A stretch of DNA of 64,000 bases. Source: a phage. The translations under genes were made by a program, and so were the position numbers. The DNA lies in sequence record PZ242158.1. One strand, 5' to 3'. Shown here piece by piece: positions 46,066-56,028 of the stretch (within the stretch, counting starts at the first letter, position 1; every line of letters starts with the position of its first letter). The notes beneath the pieces are model-generated. The model had not been told where the DNA came from and did no database searches. It saw only the letters and a program-made list of their open reading frames with translations.

Positions 46066-47328
46066 TCAGCAACCACAACTTCCGTAGTGCTTAACTCGCT
46101 CGATAACTTCCGCTTGCTTACCTTTATTGTAAGGACGGGAGTTAGGACTGGAAAGATATCCAGACACTCTTCGGATCACTGAGATATATTGTTCATCGTG
46201 GCATCCGCACGCAGGGCAGCAGAACCCTTTAGCTGTTGCACTGAACTCACCAGAGAAACCACACTTGAGACATTTATCCACAGGTTGGTTAATACCAAAA
46301 TACATAATATGTTTATACCCGAAGTCAACAAGAGCCTCTAAAGCATCCAGGTTGTTTTTCAGGTTAGGTGTCTCTACGTATCCAATGTTGCCACCAGAGG
46401 AGATCATAGCAAAACCTTCCTCATACTCCCACTTATCAAAAGGAGAGCTATTTATCCACACTGGCTGATGGAAACTGTTGGTGAGATATTCATGCTCGTG
46501 CTTCAACACTTCCGGGTATTCACGATCCAGACAGGTTGCAGCTTTATAGCATAGACTCTCAGAAGGAGTGCCGTACAAGCTAAATGCTAGTCTACTTTCC
46601 TTCTTGTATCGCTCACAAGCATCTCTCATGTGCTGAAGGATTCCAAGAGCTAAAGCCTTGTCACCCTCTCTGCCCAAAATCTGACAGGTTTCATACACAC
46701 CAATATACCCAATACTGATGGAAGCGTACCCGTCATAGAAGAGTTTATCAATACTCTCTTCAGGATCCAGGCGAGCAAGAGCGCCTTCACACCACATGAT
46801 GGGGTTCTGCCCTGCCTTTGTTCCTTTTAGACGGTTAACCCTTACAAGGTGAGCCTCATATGCAAGATCCAAGTATTCGTCAAGAACTGCAAAGAAATCA
46901 ACACCTTCCGTCTTAGCTTTTGCCGCAATCATTGGCAGGTTAAGGCTAACAACGCCTAAGTTAAATCTGCCAAGGTATTTCTCCTCGCCTGTTTCCAAGT
47001 CATTGTATTTGCTAAGAAAACTCCTGCAACCCATGCTAGTTACTTTGCCATCTGTCGAGCCTGTCACTTTTCTATTTAGTGGTACAGATACGAAGTCAGG
47101 ATAGATACGTTCTGCACAGCATTCCAGAGCTAATCGTTTCAAATCATAGTTAGGATCCCCAGGGTTCATGTTGACACCCTCTTCCAGGAAGAACAGCACT
47201 TTAGGGAACACAGGTGTGATACGTTCTTCACCAAGACCCATTTTGTGGACTTTCAAGTAATTTTTGGTAATCATTCTACCAAAGACCGAAGTGTCCAAAC
47301 CTAAACTTAATGTGATAAAAGGGGTTTG
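46066..47328 (-). CDS. nrdD: anaerobic ribonucleoside-triphosphate reductase, exon 2
   Basis: Begins QTPFITLSLGL (aligns to E. coli NrdD QTPFVTFGFGL); C-terminal zinc site CLKCGF...CPACGC and glycyl-radical region RRVSGYLS. Confidence 0.8.
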   Translation of the reverse strand, partial: QTPFITLSLGLDTSVFGRMITKNYLKVHKMGLGEERITPVFPKVLFFLEEGVNMNPGDPNYDLKRLALECCAERIYPDFVSVPLNRKVTGSTDGKVTSMGCRSFLSKYNDLETGEEKYLGRFNLGVVSLNLPMIAAKAKTEGVDFFAVLDEYLDLAYEAHLVRVNRLKGTKAGQNPIMWCEGALARLDPEESIDKLFYDGYASISIGYIGVYETCQILGREGDKALALGILQHMRDACERYKKESRLAFSLYGTPSESLCYKAATCLDREYPEVLKHEHEYLTNSFHQPVWINSSPFDKWEYEEGFAMISSGGNIGYVETPNLKNNLDALEALVDFGYKHIMYFGINQPVDKCLKCGFSGEFSATAKGFCCPACGCHDEQYISVIRRVSGYLSSPNSRPYNKGKQAEVIERVKHYGSCGC

Positions 47329-47585
47329 CGGTCCCCACCCTTATGTTTCCACAAGGCCAGACTATCTCTTGCCTGAAATCACACCGTGTGATTCTTAATC
47401 AGACCCCTGCGTTTCGGAATCTTCCATAATCCCTACACCAAAAGGTTAGTCGTTACAACCGCCTCACTCCTTGTGAAGCTAGTCACGGGATTGGCATAGC
47501 TTTCGCCTTAGCGTTCCCCGTTAGCCAGCGATCAGCTGACCCCTCATACTGAGGTTAGCAGAGTTTTAAAACGGCCAGTTTGTTA
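47329..47585 (-). other. ORF-less group I intron in nrdD (~257 nt)
   Basis: Exon 1 ends ...VNG then in-frame TAA; 5' exon ends in U, intron ends in G; guide GCCGUU pairs with exon AACGGU; P/Q/R/S-like elements present; boundaries approximate. Confidence 0.65.
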
Positions 47586-48446
47586 ACCGTTTACCGAGGT
47601 TAGTGTGTTGATCTGATAAAGCAACGTCTGCATGCTGTCAAACACGTCTTTATCTGTCATTTGCATTGCAACAGTTTCAGCATCCGGCAACCAATGTTCC
47701 TGGCAAAATTTAAGGTTCTTCTCATAGGTTGCTTCAGCATACTGTGCCAGATAATGATCAATATGGCTCATAGTCTGACCACCATATTGAGCACTAGCTA
47801 CCGCGCTAGAGATTTGACTAAGGATTGTTGTTGCAACCCCTATTGACTTCGGCTTACTGACATGGGCGTTGCCAATGTTGAATCCGTTTTCCAACATATC
47901 TGGATAATTTACCAAACAACAGTTTGTTAACGGACTGATCAAGTAGTCAAGATCATGCACATGGATGAAGCCTTTATTGTGCTCTTCTGAAACACGGTCT
48001 GGCAGGATCTGTGTTGATGCAAGGTGTTTGCTAAGGATGCCTGCAAGCAGGTCACGATGAGTGTGTACATGATTAGTGGGCTTATTTGCGTTTTCTTTTG
48101 TAAATTCATCACAAGTTCGATCCAAGAAGCCACTAATATCTGCAAGCAGTTTTCCACCTGCCTCTCTGTTATTATCTCTTGTCTGTCTATACTGGATGTA
48201 TTCTCTGGCTGCACATTTTAAACCCATATCCATAAGAGCATCTTCAACAAGGATATGGATATTTTTTACAGAGATCGTGCACTGGTCGGTTGGTAGATTG
48301 TTAGCAACAACTTCATTAACCGCGCAGGCGATCCGGTAAGCTTCTTCTTCAGTATGTCCAGACTCAAGTAAGGCGGACTCTGCCGCCTTGATCACCTTAA
48401 TTCCGTTATAGAACTCTTCTCTACCGTCCCGTTTTACAACTTTCAC
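47586..48446 (-). CDS. nrdD: anaerobic ribonucleoside-triphosphate reductase, exon 1
   Basis: ATP-cone-like N-terminus MKVVKRDGREEFY; ends ...NTLTSVNG where E. coli NrdD continues ANGQTPF. Confidence 0.8.
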
Positions 48447-48721
48447 TTTTTCTCTCCAAAACCATTCTTAACAAAAGAGATGAAATCGTCGGCACCGCCT
48501 ATATGGACACTTTCAAGATTGCTTTCTAAGAAGATCTGCGGCAACGTTCTGGGGACAATTGGACTGCACTTCTCAATAAGCTCTTCTTTTGTGTAGCCCT
48601 CGCCAAGTGTCTTATATACAAAAGGCAGACCTTTGCTGATTGCAAATTCTTTTGCTCTGACACAATGTGGGCAGTTATCCTTACCGTAAATGATGATGAA
48701 AAAAGATTTTTCGCAGCTCAT
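48443..48721 (-). CDS. glutaredoxin
   Basis: CPHC active site, TLPQIF and GGADD glutaredoxin-fold motifs. Confidence 0.75.
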   Translation of the reverse strand: MSCEKSFFIIIYGKDNCPHCVRAKEFAISKGLPFVYKTLGEGYTKEELIEKCSPIVPRTLPQIFLESNLESVHIGGADDFISFVKNGFGEKK

Positions 48722-48724
48722 ATA

Positions 48725-49813
48725 TTAAAACTCCCAAATTTCTTCTTCAGCGTCGTTAACAGTTGTGTTGACGCGGTAGTCAGTGTTCGACATTTCTTGG
48801 TTCGCCGTCTGTTGTAATGAAGGTTTCATCCACACCTGCATAAACGGTAGCGGGTCCTTTGTTGGCGGCACAAAGTCTTTGTCGATGTCGTAGTAATCAT
48901 AAATCGGTGAGCAGTTATAGTCAACCCACTCTTTAAGCAACGGTGAGTTAAGACCTATAATCGCTCTTCCTTCGCTGAAAATATAGTCACTCCAACCGTA
49001 CTCTTTGGTTCGTACTTCATCAAGAATCTCTTTTAACTCCCCCTTTATCTCAAGGAAGCTTTTCTCCCATGCGGGATCATTAAGCAAGATATCAATGATG
49101 GCAAAATCACCTTTCGAATGTAGCATTTCGTCAAGCATGATTTTTTGAACAAGCTGCGCCACCTGAACAAAGATACCCTGTTCAGCTACTGCGAAAGTGC
49201 ATGCAAAACTTGCAATAAACTCAATACTTTCCAGAGCTAAAAGCGCAAAAAGCGCTCTAAGAATGCATTTCCGCACAATATCTTCTTCAACACTAGAAGG
49301 ATCCAGGCGGTATTTTGCACCAATAACCTCAAGCTCTTGCATGTATTTGACAATAACGCCGGATCTGCTCAGAACGTTTTGGTTTTCCTGAATCTCTTCT
49401 ATAATCTCACGGGCATTGGGGAGGCATTGTCTAACAATCTCTGAGTAAGTTAGTGCGTGAAGAACTTCAATCTCTGACTGTTTCATCAATAGAGTGAAAA
49501 GCTCACTATTAGTGATGAATGGTGAAAAGAGGCAGATGATAGATCTTGCCGCAACGCTATCAGCCTCCCATTGCCACATCAAGGTCTGCACCATCACGTC
49601 ATAAGTTGACTTTGAGCATGTTACAAAATCTGAAATAGATTGCGACAAATCCACTTCATCCTCTGCCCAATCTTGCTCTTTTTGTTTTTTGTATAGTTCA
49701 AACAGTTGTGGATATTTTTTGTTGATAGAGTCGTACATACCCATTTGCTGTCCCAGAAACAGCGGATAGTCACCAGTTTTATGAGCGGTGTTCTCAGCAT
49801 TAAATACAGCCAT
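48725..49813 (-). CDS. nrdB: ribonucleotide reductase small subunit
   Basis: Ferritin-like R2 sequence; start set at Met after AGAGGTAG RBS (track ORF extends to 49873). Confidence 0.85.
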   Translation of the reverse strand: MAVFNAENTAHKTGDYPLFLGQQMGMYDSINKKYPQLFELYKKQKEQDWAEDEVDLSQSISDFVTCSKSTYDVMVQTLMWQWEADSVAARSIICLFSPFITNSELFTLLMKQSEIEVLHALTYSEIVRQCLPNAREIIEEIQENQNVLSRSGVIVKYMQELEVIGAKYRLDPSSVEEDIVRKCILRALFALLALESIEFIASFACTFAVAEQGIFVQVAQLVQKIMLDEMLHSKGDFAIIDILLNDPAWEKSFLEIKGELKEILDEVRTKEYGWSDYIFSEGRAIIGLNSPLLKEWVDYNCSPIYDYYDIDKDFVPPTKDPLPFMQVWMKPSLQQTANQEMSNTDYRVNTTVNDAEEEIWEF

Positions 49814-49830
49814 TATTCTACCTCTAAAAT

Positions 49831-49844
49831 GGGGCCGAAGCCCC
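49831..49844 (-). other. intergenic GC hairpin with tetraloop between nrdA and nrdB
   Basis: GGGGC-TTCG-GCCCC on the minus strand. Confidence 0.4.
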
Positions 49845-49851
49845 TTTAAAA

Positions 49852-52167
49852 TTATAGTGCACAGCTTTCGCAATACGGATCTTCAACTGAACTATCTGCA
49901 ATCAAAGGATAGTTCTTTCTGGTTTCATCTTCAGCCTGTTTCTTGGCATGAAGTTCCTCTGCCAAGGAGTCACCAGCACCAACCCTAGAGTTTAAATAAT
50001 ACCATGTCTTCATCCCGAATTTAGTGGCACGGATAAGGTACCCTAACTGCTCCTTCATTGAAATTTTACCATCTTTCAACTTGGTGTAGTCTATGTATAA
50101 ATCCGCGCTGATTGCCTGACCTGTGAATTTTTGAATCACGGCATACATATCGATCATGTCGTTAGTATCAACGTCCCAAGCCGAGGTGTAATACTCTTTC
50201 AACTCATCATAGTCAGGAACGATAAACAGCACCTGCCCTTGTGGCGACTTTTTAAAGATAATGTGCTCACGGACAGGATAAACCCCGTTAGTGGTGTTTG
50301 TTGCCAGCGAAGAGCTTTCATTAGGCATATATGCTTCAAGAACGCTATTACGTAGCCCACCATTCTCAATGATTTCTTTACGTAACCCTTCCCAATCCTG
50401 TTTAAGAGAAGGATCTTTCACCACGCTATCGACCTCTTTGTTATAGGTGTCGATTGGTAACCAACCTTCTGGATATTTTGTTTTATGCATCCACTCGCAG
50501 ACACCACGCTCTTTTGCCAACCGTAAACTTGCCTTATGCAAGCTGTAGCTGTGAAGTTCTGCAAGATCGTGAACGAGCTGTTTACTTTCAGGAGACCCGT
50601 AAGTAACCTTGTGGCTGGCAATAAAATGTGCAACATTGGTAAGGCCAACCCCGATGGATCTGCGTTTTTTAACTGTGCTTTCCATATTTTCATACGGATA
50701 TGTCATGATTTCCATAACATTGTCAATCATAAGCACCGTATAGTATGCAACATCCTCATACTCCTCTGGAGTAACCCTCCCAGCTACAAGAGATGACAGG
50801 AAGCACAATGCAACCTCTCCATCATCAGCATCGTACTTGAAGATATTACGCATATCTGAATAGCCTTTTGTCGGGAGGGCTATTTCTGCACACAGGTTGC
50901 TTGAATAGATCACATCTTTAAAAGGTGTATGTCTATTCATCTCATCTGTCCAGTATACGTACAGCCTTCCCACCTCAGTGCGCTGCGTGATCAGTTCAAC
51001 AGCAAGATCTCTAGCTCGGATCCATGTTTTAGGAATACTGTCATCTTTAGCAATACGATCAACCTCTGCATCAAACTCCTCCATAGACATGGTGAAGATA
51101 CCCTCATGCAGTTGAGGCGCGTGCTTATAAGAAACAAGCATCCAATCTAAATTCTTAGCCACACGGTTGATAAACGACCTATTAATACCGATAGAGTAGT
51201 CCATGGTGTTGATTCTTTTTGAAGCAACAGTCATAGGGTTTCTCAAACGGATTAGCTCATCAATCTGCGGGTCCAGTGCAAGGAATGATACTGTTGCAGA
51301 ACCACCACGTGATTGTTGTCTGTTCTCCTTAACCCCAGCATCAATACCTCGATAATATGGAATCTTACCCATATGTTTAATAGTGTTACCACGAACACCA
51401 TCGCCTGCAGATCTTGAGGATAAGTAGTAGCCGATACCTGCTTGATTAACCGTCATTGTGTACGCAACTTCACGTGCCACACCAATAGATTTTGCTGTAT
51501 CGTCAGCTTTTATTACACAACAAGATGCATACCCTGTCTTACCTGTGCGCAGCCCGTTTAAGTACGGTGTCGGGGCATTGATCTTTAAGTCGGACAGATA
51601 AGTGTATAATTTTACAACATCGTTGATACGACGTTCTTTCGGCATATTCTTCATGACAGCCATTGCTATCCCCATAAACATCATCTGGGGAGATTCAAAC
51701 AAGGTGTCTTTAAGAGTATCCTTGATCCCATATTTGTCGCGAAACTGTTTAAGGACTGCATAGCCATAACCGAGATCTTTACTGTGGTCAATAACAGCGT
51801 CTAAAGTGTTTAGCTCGGTAAAGCTATAGCCCATATCCTCCCAATACCCTTTCTCAACCATGGTATTGTAAAATGATGGTAAGGAAGGGATCTTTGTAAA
51901 CCCTCCAAAAGCCTCTTTATAAATCTGACCAATAAGAACACGACCCGCCATACGGGAATGTGCTTCGTCTTTACGGCTAACACAGGAGTCTATGATAGCT
52001 TGGTTAACTTCTTTGGTTGTACATCCATCATACAGTCGTTTGTATGCATCCAGTGCAATGTGTGACCAATTGCCGTTACCGTCGTCACCGAAAATAGCTG
52101 CCTTATTTAAACGTTCTGGATCGAATGCCACTTCACATCCGTTGCTTTTAATTACCTTGGTGATCAA
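49852..52167 (-). CDS. nrdA: ribonucleotide reductase large subunit (class Ia)
   Basis: 771 aa with N-terminal ATP-cone; SSNLCAEIALPT active-site region; C-terminal Cys pair ...YCESCAL. Confidence 0.9.
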   Translation of the reverse strand: MITKVIKSNGCEVAFDPERLNKAAIFGDDGNGNWSHIALDAYKRLYDGCTTKEVNQAIIDSCVSRKDEAHSRMAGRVLIGQIYKEAFGGFTKIPSLPSFYNTMVEKGYWEDMGYSFTELNTLDAVIDHSKDLGYGYAVLKQFRDKYGIKDTLKDTLFESPQMMFMGIAMAVMKNMPKERRINDVVKLYTYLSDLKINAPTPYLNGLRTGKTGYASCCVIKADDTAKSIGVAREVAYTMTVNQAGIGYYLSSRSAGDGVRGNTIKHMGKIPYYRGIDAGVKENRQQSRGGSATVSFLALDPQIDELIRLRNPMTVASKRINTMDYSIGINRSFINRVAKNLDWMLVSYKHAPQLHEGIFTMSMEEFDAEVDRIAKDDSIPKTWIRARDLAVELITQRTEVGRLYVYWTDEMNRHTPFKDVIYSSNLCAEIALPTKGYSDMRNIFKYDADDGEVALCFLSSLVAGRVTPEEYEDVAYYTVLMIDNVMEIMTYPYENMESTVKKRRSIGVGLTNVAHFIASHKVTYGSPESKQLVHDLAELHSYSLHKASLRLAKERGVCEWMHKTKYPEGWLPIDTYNKEVDSVVKDPSLKQDWEGLRKEIIENGGLRNSVLEAYMPNESSSLATNTTNGVYPVREHIIFKKSPQGQVLFIVPDYDELKEYYTSAWDVDTNDMIDMYAVIQKFTGQAISADLYIDYTKLKDGKISMKEQLGYLIRATKFGMKTWYYLNSRVGAGDSLAEELHAKKQAEDETRKNYPLIADSSVEDPYCESCAL

Positions 52168-52472
52168 TTTGCTTCCTCCACTTCATTAACGTATTTATCA
52201 AGGCAGGTATCAGTATCTTGCTGGATAAAGGTATCCTCTTCTACAGAGATATTTATAATTTTACCTGTATACTCGTCATAATAAACATCATCATACATTT
52301 TAATATCGTTTGTCAGGCCGTTGAACCAAAGCCAACCAACATACTCTGCCCGACTTGCAAAACCAAGATCCTTCCACTTGGAGTTATGACTCATCTTCAC
52401 CACCTTAGCTTTCAATACCGAATAATTTTTCCAGGCGATGCAGATCTTCAAAATTGAAAGGTTCATCAACAA
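52164..52472 (-). CDS. hypothetical protein
   Basis: Coupled ORF. Confidence 0.45.
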   Translation of the reverse strand: MLMNLSILKICIAWKNYSVLKAKVVKMSHNSKWKDLGFASRAEYVGWLWFNGLTNDIKMYDDVYYDEYTGKIINISVEEDTFIQQDTDTCLDKYVNEVEEAN

Positions 52473-52905
52473 TATGAATATCTTCAGCCTTTTCAGATTG
52501 TTTTGTATACTTTCTTACATTAACACGATCCTCTACAGGGATATCATACGGAAGATCTTGAACAAGCATTGCCTCACCGGGTGCTTTATCTACATCTAAA
52601 ATATCTACACCGTTATACATTTGCGGGTATCTAAAGTCTGCACGCATGACACCAGCAAATACATCTGCCTTTCGATAATGTGTTGGCTTATTTTTGCATC
52701 GAACGTTTTTTCCACGAAGAACATCAATACTTTTTAAATCAAACCCTACGGCAAAGAGTGCAGCTCGGAGACCGTTTCGTGTGCGAACGTTAAACCCGGG
52801 AACGGTAGATAGGAAATCCAAAGTAACTGAAATAAATGTCTTTTTAGGAATCATAACATTACTCATATCTGTCTCCATTTCTGGCTCACCAACAAAGTGA
52901 GCCAT
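52405..52905 (-). CDS. hypothetical protein
   Basis: ORF-track coordinates; true start probably internal. Confidence 0.45.
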   Translation of the reverse strand: MAHFVGEPEMETDMSNVMIPKKTFISVTLDFLSTVPGFNVRTRNGLRAALFAVGFDLKSIDVLRGKNVRCKNKPTHYRKADVFAGVMRADFRYPQMYNGVDILDVDKAPGEAMLVQDLPYDIPVEDRVNVRKYTKQSEKAEDIHIVDEPFNFEDLHRLEKLFGIES

Positions 52906-52964
52906 TATTATAGATTATCTAATACTATTAGTCAACACAAAAGTTACCTATCGCTGTGATAGGA

Positions 52965-53948
52965 TTAACCTTTCACGAAGTGGTTATTAAGCAGTTGTCT
53001 GTGCTGAACCCACCCACAAAAGTTGGCAGACCAGAATTTACCATCACGGTCTTGATGGGTTACACCTTCCTGCCAAGTACTGATGTCTTGTGTGATTTCA
53101 CATGAAGACAGGTAGTAGTTTAAACGTTCCATTGCGTTATCGTGATCCATAGGTGTTGCCTGGTGCTCGTAAGGGCTTGCATGAATACGATCCCCACCAA
53201 TCAATTTTTTAGCCACACTATCTGCCTTTTCAAACGTGCTGTCAATATTTCGATAAGATACTTGTGCACAGCAACTAGCACTGATAGACAGAGCTTCTTT
53301 AGTATCGAGAATGCAGAGCTTTCCTTCTGTGTCACGTACAGCGTAGTTAAACTCTCCGTCCAAATAAACGTGCTCTACATATGGGGTGTGCCATTGACCC
53401 GGTTTAAGGATTTCAGGAGTGCTATTCTCAAGAGCCTCCCACATACAATTAGCTAACATCTGAATCGTAGGATCCGCATCGTGCCAGCAACGGAGGTGGA
53501 AAAAATTATTCCACTCGGTGCTTGTTACAACTGTTTTCATGCGCTGGAACGGCTCCACTAAGCGGTTACATACTTGCTTATGGTAACCAGCAAGGGCGAA
53601 CTTCTCTGCATGCCAAGCGGCGTTTTTTGCAGCTTCTTTCCAAAACTCTTCAGGAGTTAGCTCCATGTCAGTGTACTCTACACGGATCTTTTGATCGTGT
53701 TCCCCACCATCTTCCATTCCTCGCTTATTTACACCGAAGCGAACTGGCATTGCCGGATTCTCCACAATCTGTTGCAGCATCTTGCCGACAGGTACTGCAC
53801 GGGAAGACATGGCGTTTCGGCTGAACACTCGGTGCGTCATAAGCTCTGAGTGAATAATTCGAGGATACTCTAGTTCAAAAGTGGTGATACGCTTACCTTT
53901 CTCGGAAATGCTGTCAGCAATAATCTTTGCAGTGCACAGTTTTAGCAT
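52965..53948 (-). CDS. thyX: flavin-dependent thymidylate synthase
   Basis: ThyX signature THRVFSRNAMSSRAVP (RHR...S.R-type motif). Confidence 0.85.
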   Translation of the reverse strand: MLKLCTAKIIADSISEKGKRITTFELEYPRIIHSELMTHRVFSRNAMSSRAVPVGKMLQQIVENPAMPVRFGVNKRGMEDGGEHDQKIRVEYTDMELTPEEFWKEAAKNAAWHAEKFALAGYHKQVCNRLVEPFQRMKTVVTSTEWNNFFHLRCWHDADPTIQMLANCMWEALENSTPEILKPGQWHTPYVEHVYLDGEFNYAVRDTEGKLCILDTKEALSISASCCAQVSYRNIDSTFEKADSVAKKLIGGDRIHASPYEHQATPMDHDNAMERLNYYLSSCEITQDISTWQEGVTHQDRDGKFWSANFCGWVQHRQLLNNHFVKG

Positions 53949-54148
53949 TATTTAGCTCTCCTTGTTTTAATTTTGGAAATTTCGTCTGGGTTTATGTTGG
54001 CCTTAAATGCAAGGTATCTGTTGAACATGTCAGAGCACATATCTTGGGTGATCCTAGAGGCATACACTAGCTTACCTCCTAGATCATACACCTCTAGCCA
54101 GTCACCGTATCTGACTACAGGATCGCCACCTTTAGAACATCTGCCCAT
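53948..54148 (-). CDS. hypothetical protein
   Basis: Coupled ORF. Confidence 0.45.
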   Translation of the reverse strand: MGRCSKGGDPVVRYGDWLEVYDLGGKLVYASRITQDMCSDMFNRYLAFKANINPDEISKIKTRRAK

Positions 54149-54149
54149 T

Positions 54150-54743
54150 TCAAATACCTTCTAAAAATTTTCCTATTTTATACCAGCTATTAGCGGTATA
54201 GTCAACACTGACCTTTAACTCCTCGAATTGCTCATAAGGCGTATCTTTTAGGATTTTAATAACTTCAGGTCGTGAAGCGAATTGGTTCAGGTATTCATGC
54301 CTGTCGTCAATTATAACATCTACAGCCACATTCCCTTTGAAATGTGTGGCGTAGAAGCCGTGGCCCTGGGTGTGATCGTCCAGATCCATAAAATCACCGG
54401 TCCAACGCTTTAAGAACCTTGATTTAGATGCAAGGTGACCTTTCTTGCATACCGAGATAAATGCAAGCTTGTGACCACGAGCCACCAAATCTTTCATAAC
54501 CTCAATAGCCCCCTCTTCAGGCTTAAGGAAGTCGTAGAGGAACGGATCACTCCAGAAATCAAAAGGTCCTATGATGTTTTCTTTGGGGCGATCAGGCCAA
54601 TACTTTGACAGATCGTAATACATCAGCCCATTAGAAGGTTTAACGACTGTCTTACTGGCTGGACCATACAAACGCTCCAACCACTCCCACCATGCTGTTC
54701 CTGAATCTACCAGTGTCAAATCTACATCAATTCCGATTAACAT
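54150..54743 (-). CDS. HAD-superfamily phosphatase, putative 5'-deoxynucleotidase
   Basis: N-terminal DxDxT motif (IGIDVDLTLVD); nucleotide-metabolism context. Confidence 0.55.
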   Translation of the reverse strand: MLIGIDVDLTLVDSGTAWWEWLERLYGPASKTVVKPSNGLMYYDLSKYWPDRPKENIIGPFDFWSDPFLYDFLKPEEGAIEVMKDLVARGHKLAFISVCKKGHLASKSRFLKRWTGDFMDLDDHTQGHGFYATHFKGNVAVDVIIDDRHEYLNQFASRPEVIKILKDTPYEQFEELKVSVDYTANSWYKIGKFLEGI

Positions 54744-55354
54744 TCTTCTTGGGCCTCTTTAGCATCAATATACTTGCACACAATCTCCGATGCACATTCC
54801 CAAGGTGCACCTTCAGGATTTACAACATCGAACTCAATCCCTTTTATTCCGTTCTTTTCCAGACTTAGATAGGTTCTGGAATCATTTCCCCAGTCATATC
54901 CGACACGGTGAATACGGAACAACAACAGATCTCCACCTGTGCTGTATGCGTACTCACTAAGGCATGCCAGCTCCTCTTTGAATCCACCATCGGAGTAAAC
55001 AACAACCCCTTTACCTTTAGGGAAATCTTTCTTCAAGGATGTGACTGCGGCCTTACCGAAAGCATCTTCACCAAAGATAGGTTTAATCAGATTTTCACTA
55101 CAATGGATCATCCACTCTCGCGGAGAAACATGCTTACCGTCTATCATTAAGAAAGGGCAAGGCTCTTCTTTGTAGTGGCGGTCATAAAGTGCATTCCAGA
55201 GTTGAGGAGTTACACCAGCTGCCTTAATTGCCACGCTGAAGAGCATCTCCTTAACCTCACGATGGTGTGAGTTAGGAATAGCTTCCAACAAGAGATCTGC
55301 AATGTGATCCTTACCACTACTAGGTGGGGCGTTAAGAACAATAATATCCATCAA
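54737..55354 (-). CDS. putative deoxynucleoside monophosphate kinase
   Basis: P-loop-like NAPPSSGKDHIADLL resembling T4 gp1 SGVKRSGKDTTADFI; context. Confidence 0.45.
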   Translation of the reverse strand: MMDIIVLNAPPSSGKDHIADLLLEAIPNSHHREVKEMLFSVAIKAAGVTPQLWNALYDRHYKEEPCPFLMIDGKHVSPREWMIHCSENLIKPIFGEDAFGKAAVTSLKKDFPKGKGVVVYSDGGFKEELACLSEYAYSTGGDLLLFRIHRVGYDWGNDSRTYLSLEKNGIKGIEFDVVNPEGAPWECASEIVCKYIDAKEAQEEC

Positions 55355-55554
55355 AAACCTCCGTGGTATTCTTCAACTGCATCAATAATACTTTTACACT
55401 TATCTACCAGCTCGTTAGCCACTACAGCATCGTCTTCCCAAACAGCCTCTTCAATCTGATCAAGCAATGATCGCATCTTATCCATCATTTCTGGGATAAA
55501 GTTTTCTGAAAAGCTGTCTGGAACTGTTAACTTTAGTGTCATTGCGGTCTCCAA
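55351..55554 (-). CDS. hypothetical protein
   Basis: Coupled ORF. Confidence 0.45.
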   Translation of the reverse strand: METAMTLKLTVPDSFSENFIPEMMDKMRSLLDQIEEAVWEDDAVVANELVDKCKSIIDAVEEYHGGF

Positions 55555-55569
55555 TCATACTATGCGTTA

Positions 55570-56028
55570 TTAGAAGTTTGTTTTTACACGTCCCTTTTCA
55601 TCTACCTCATTGTTAGCTAAAAGCGTTACAAAGTCTGTGAAACGGACATGAAGAACTCTTTTCTTGTCAAGGTATCCTAAAGCCACCCCTGAAAAATTTA
55701 GCATCAAGGGGGCTAAAGAAGCTCTGGCACTGAAATGCTGTTGTTCTACTCTTCCTACACCCTTAGTGTAGGATGGGTTAAGATTGTAAGTTCTGAATCC
55801 CAGTTTTGTTGGAGCTTTAGAATTAAAAACAACTTTATAGCGTTTCTTACTCAACTTATGCTCCAGGATAAGAATTCCCTTATCACCCTTGATAAGTTGA
55901 AAATCTGTAAAGTGCTCTTTTAAGACGAAAGGTAGTGCCAGTCCCATAGCCTGGCCTCTTTGTACCGCTGTCTCACCAAAAGCTTTTGCATCAGTAAGTT
56001 CTTTGGTCAAGTCTATGCTTTTGATCAT
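55570..56028 (-). CDS. hypothetical protein
   Basis: ORF; no domain. Confidence 0.45.
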   Translation of the reverse strand: MIKSIDLTKELTDAKAFGETAVQRGQAMGLALPFVLKEHFTDFQLIKGDKGILILEHKLSKKRYKVVFNSKAPTKLGFRTYNLNPSYTKGVGRVEQQHFSARASLAPLMLNFSGVALGYLDKKRVLHVRFTDFVTLLANNEVDEKGRVKTNF

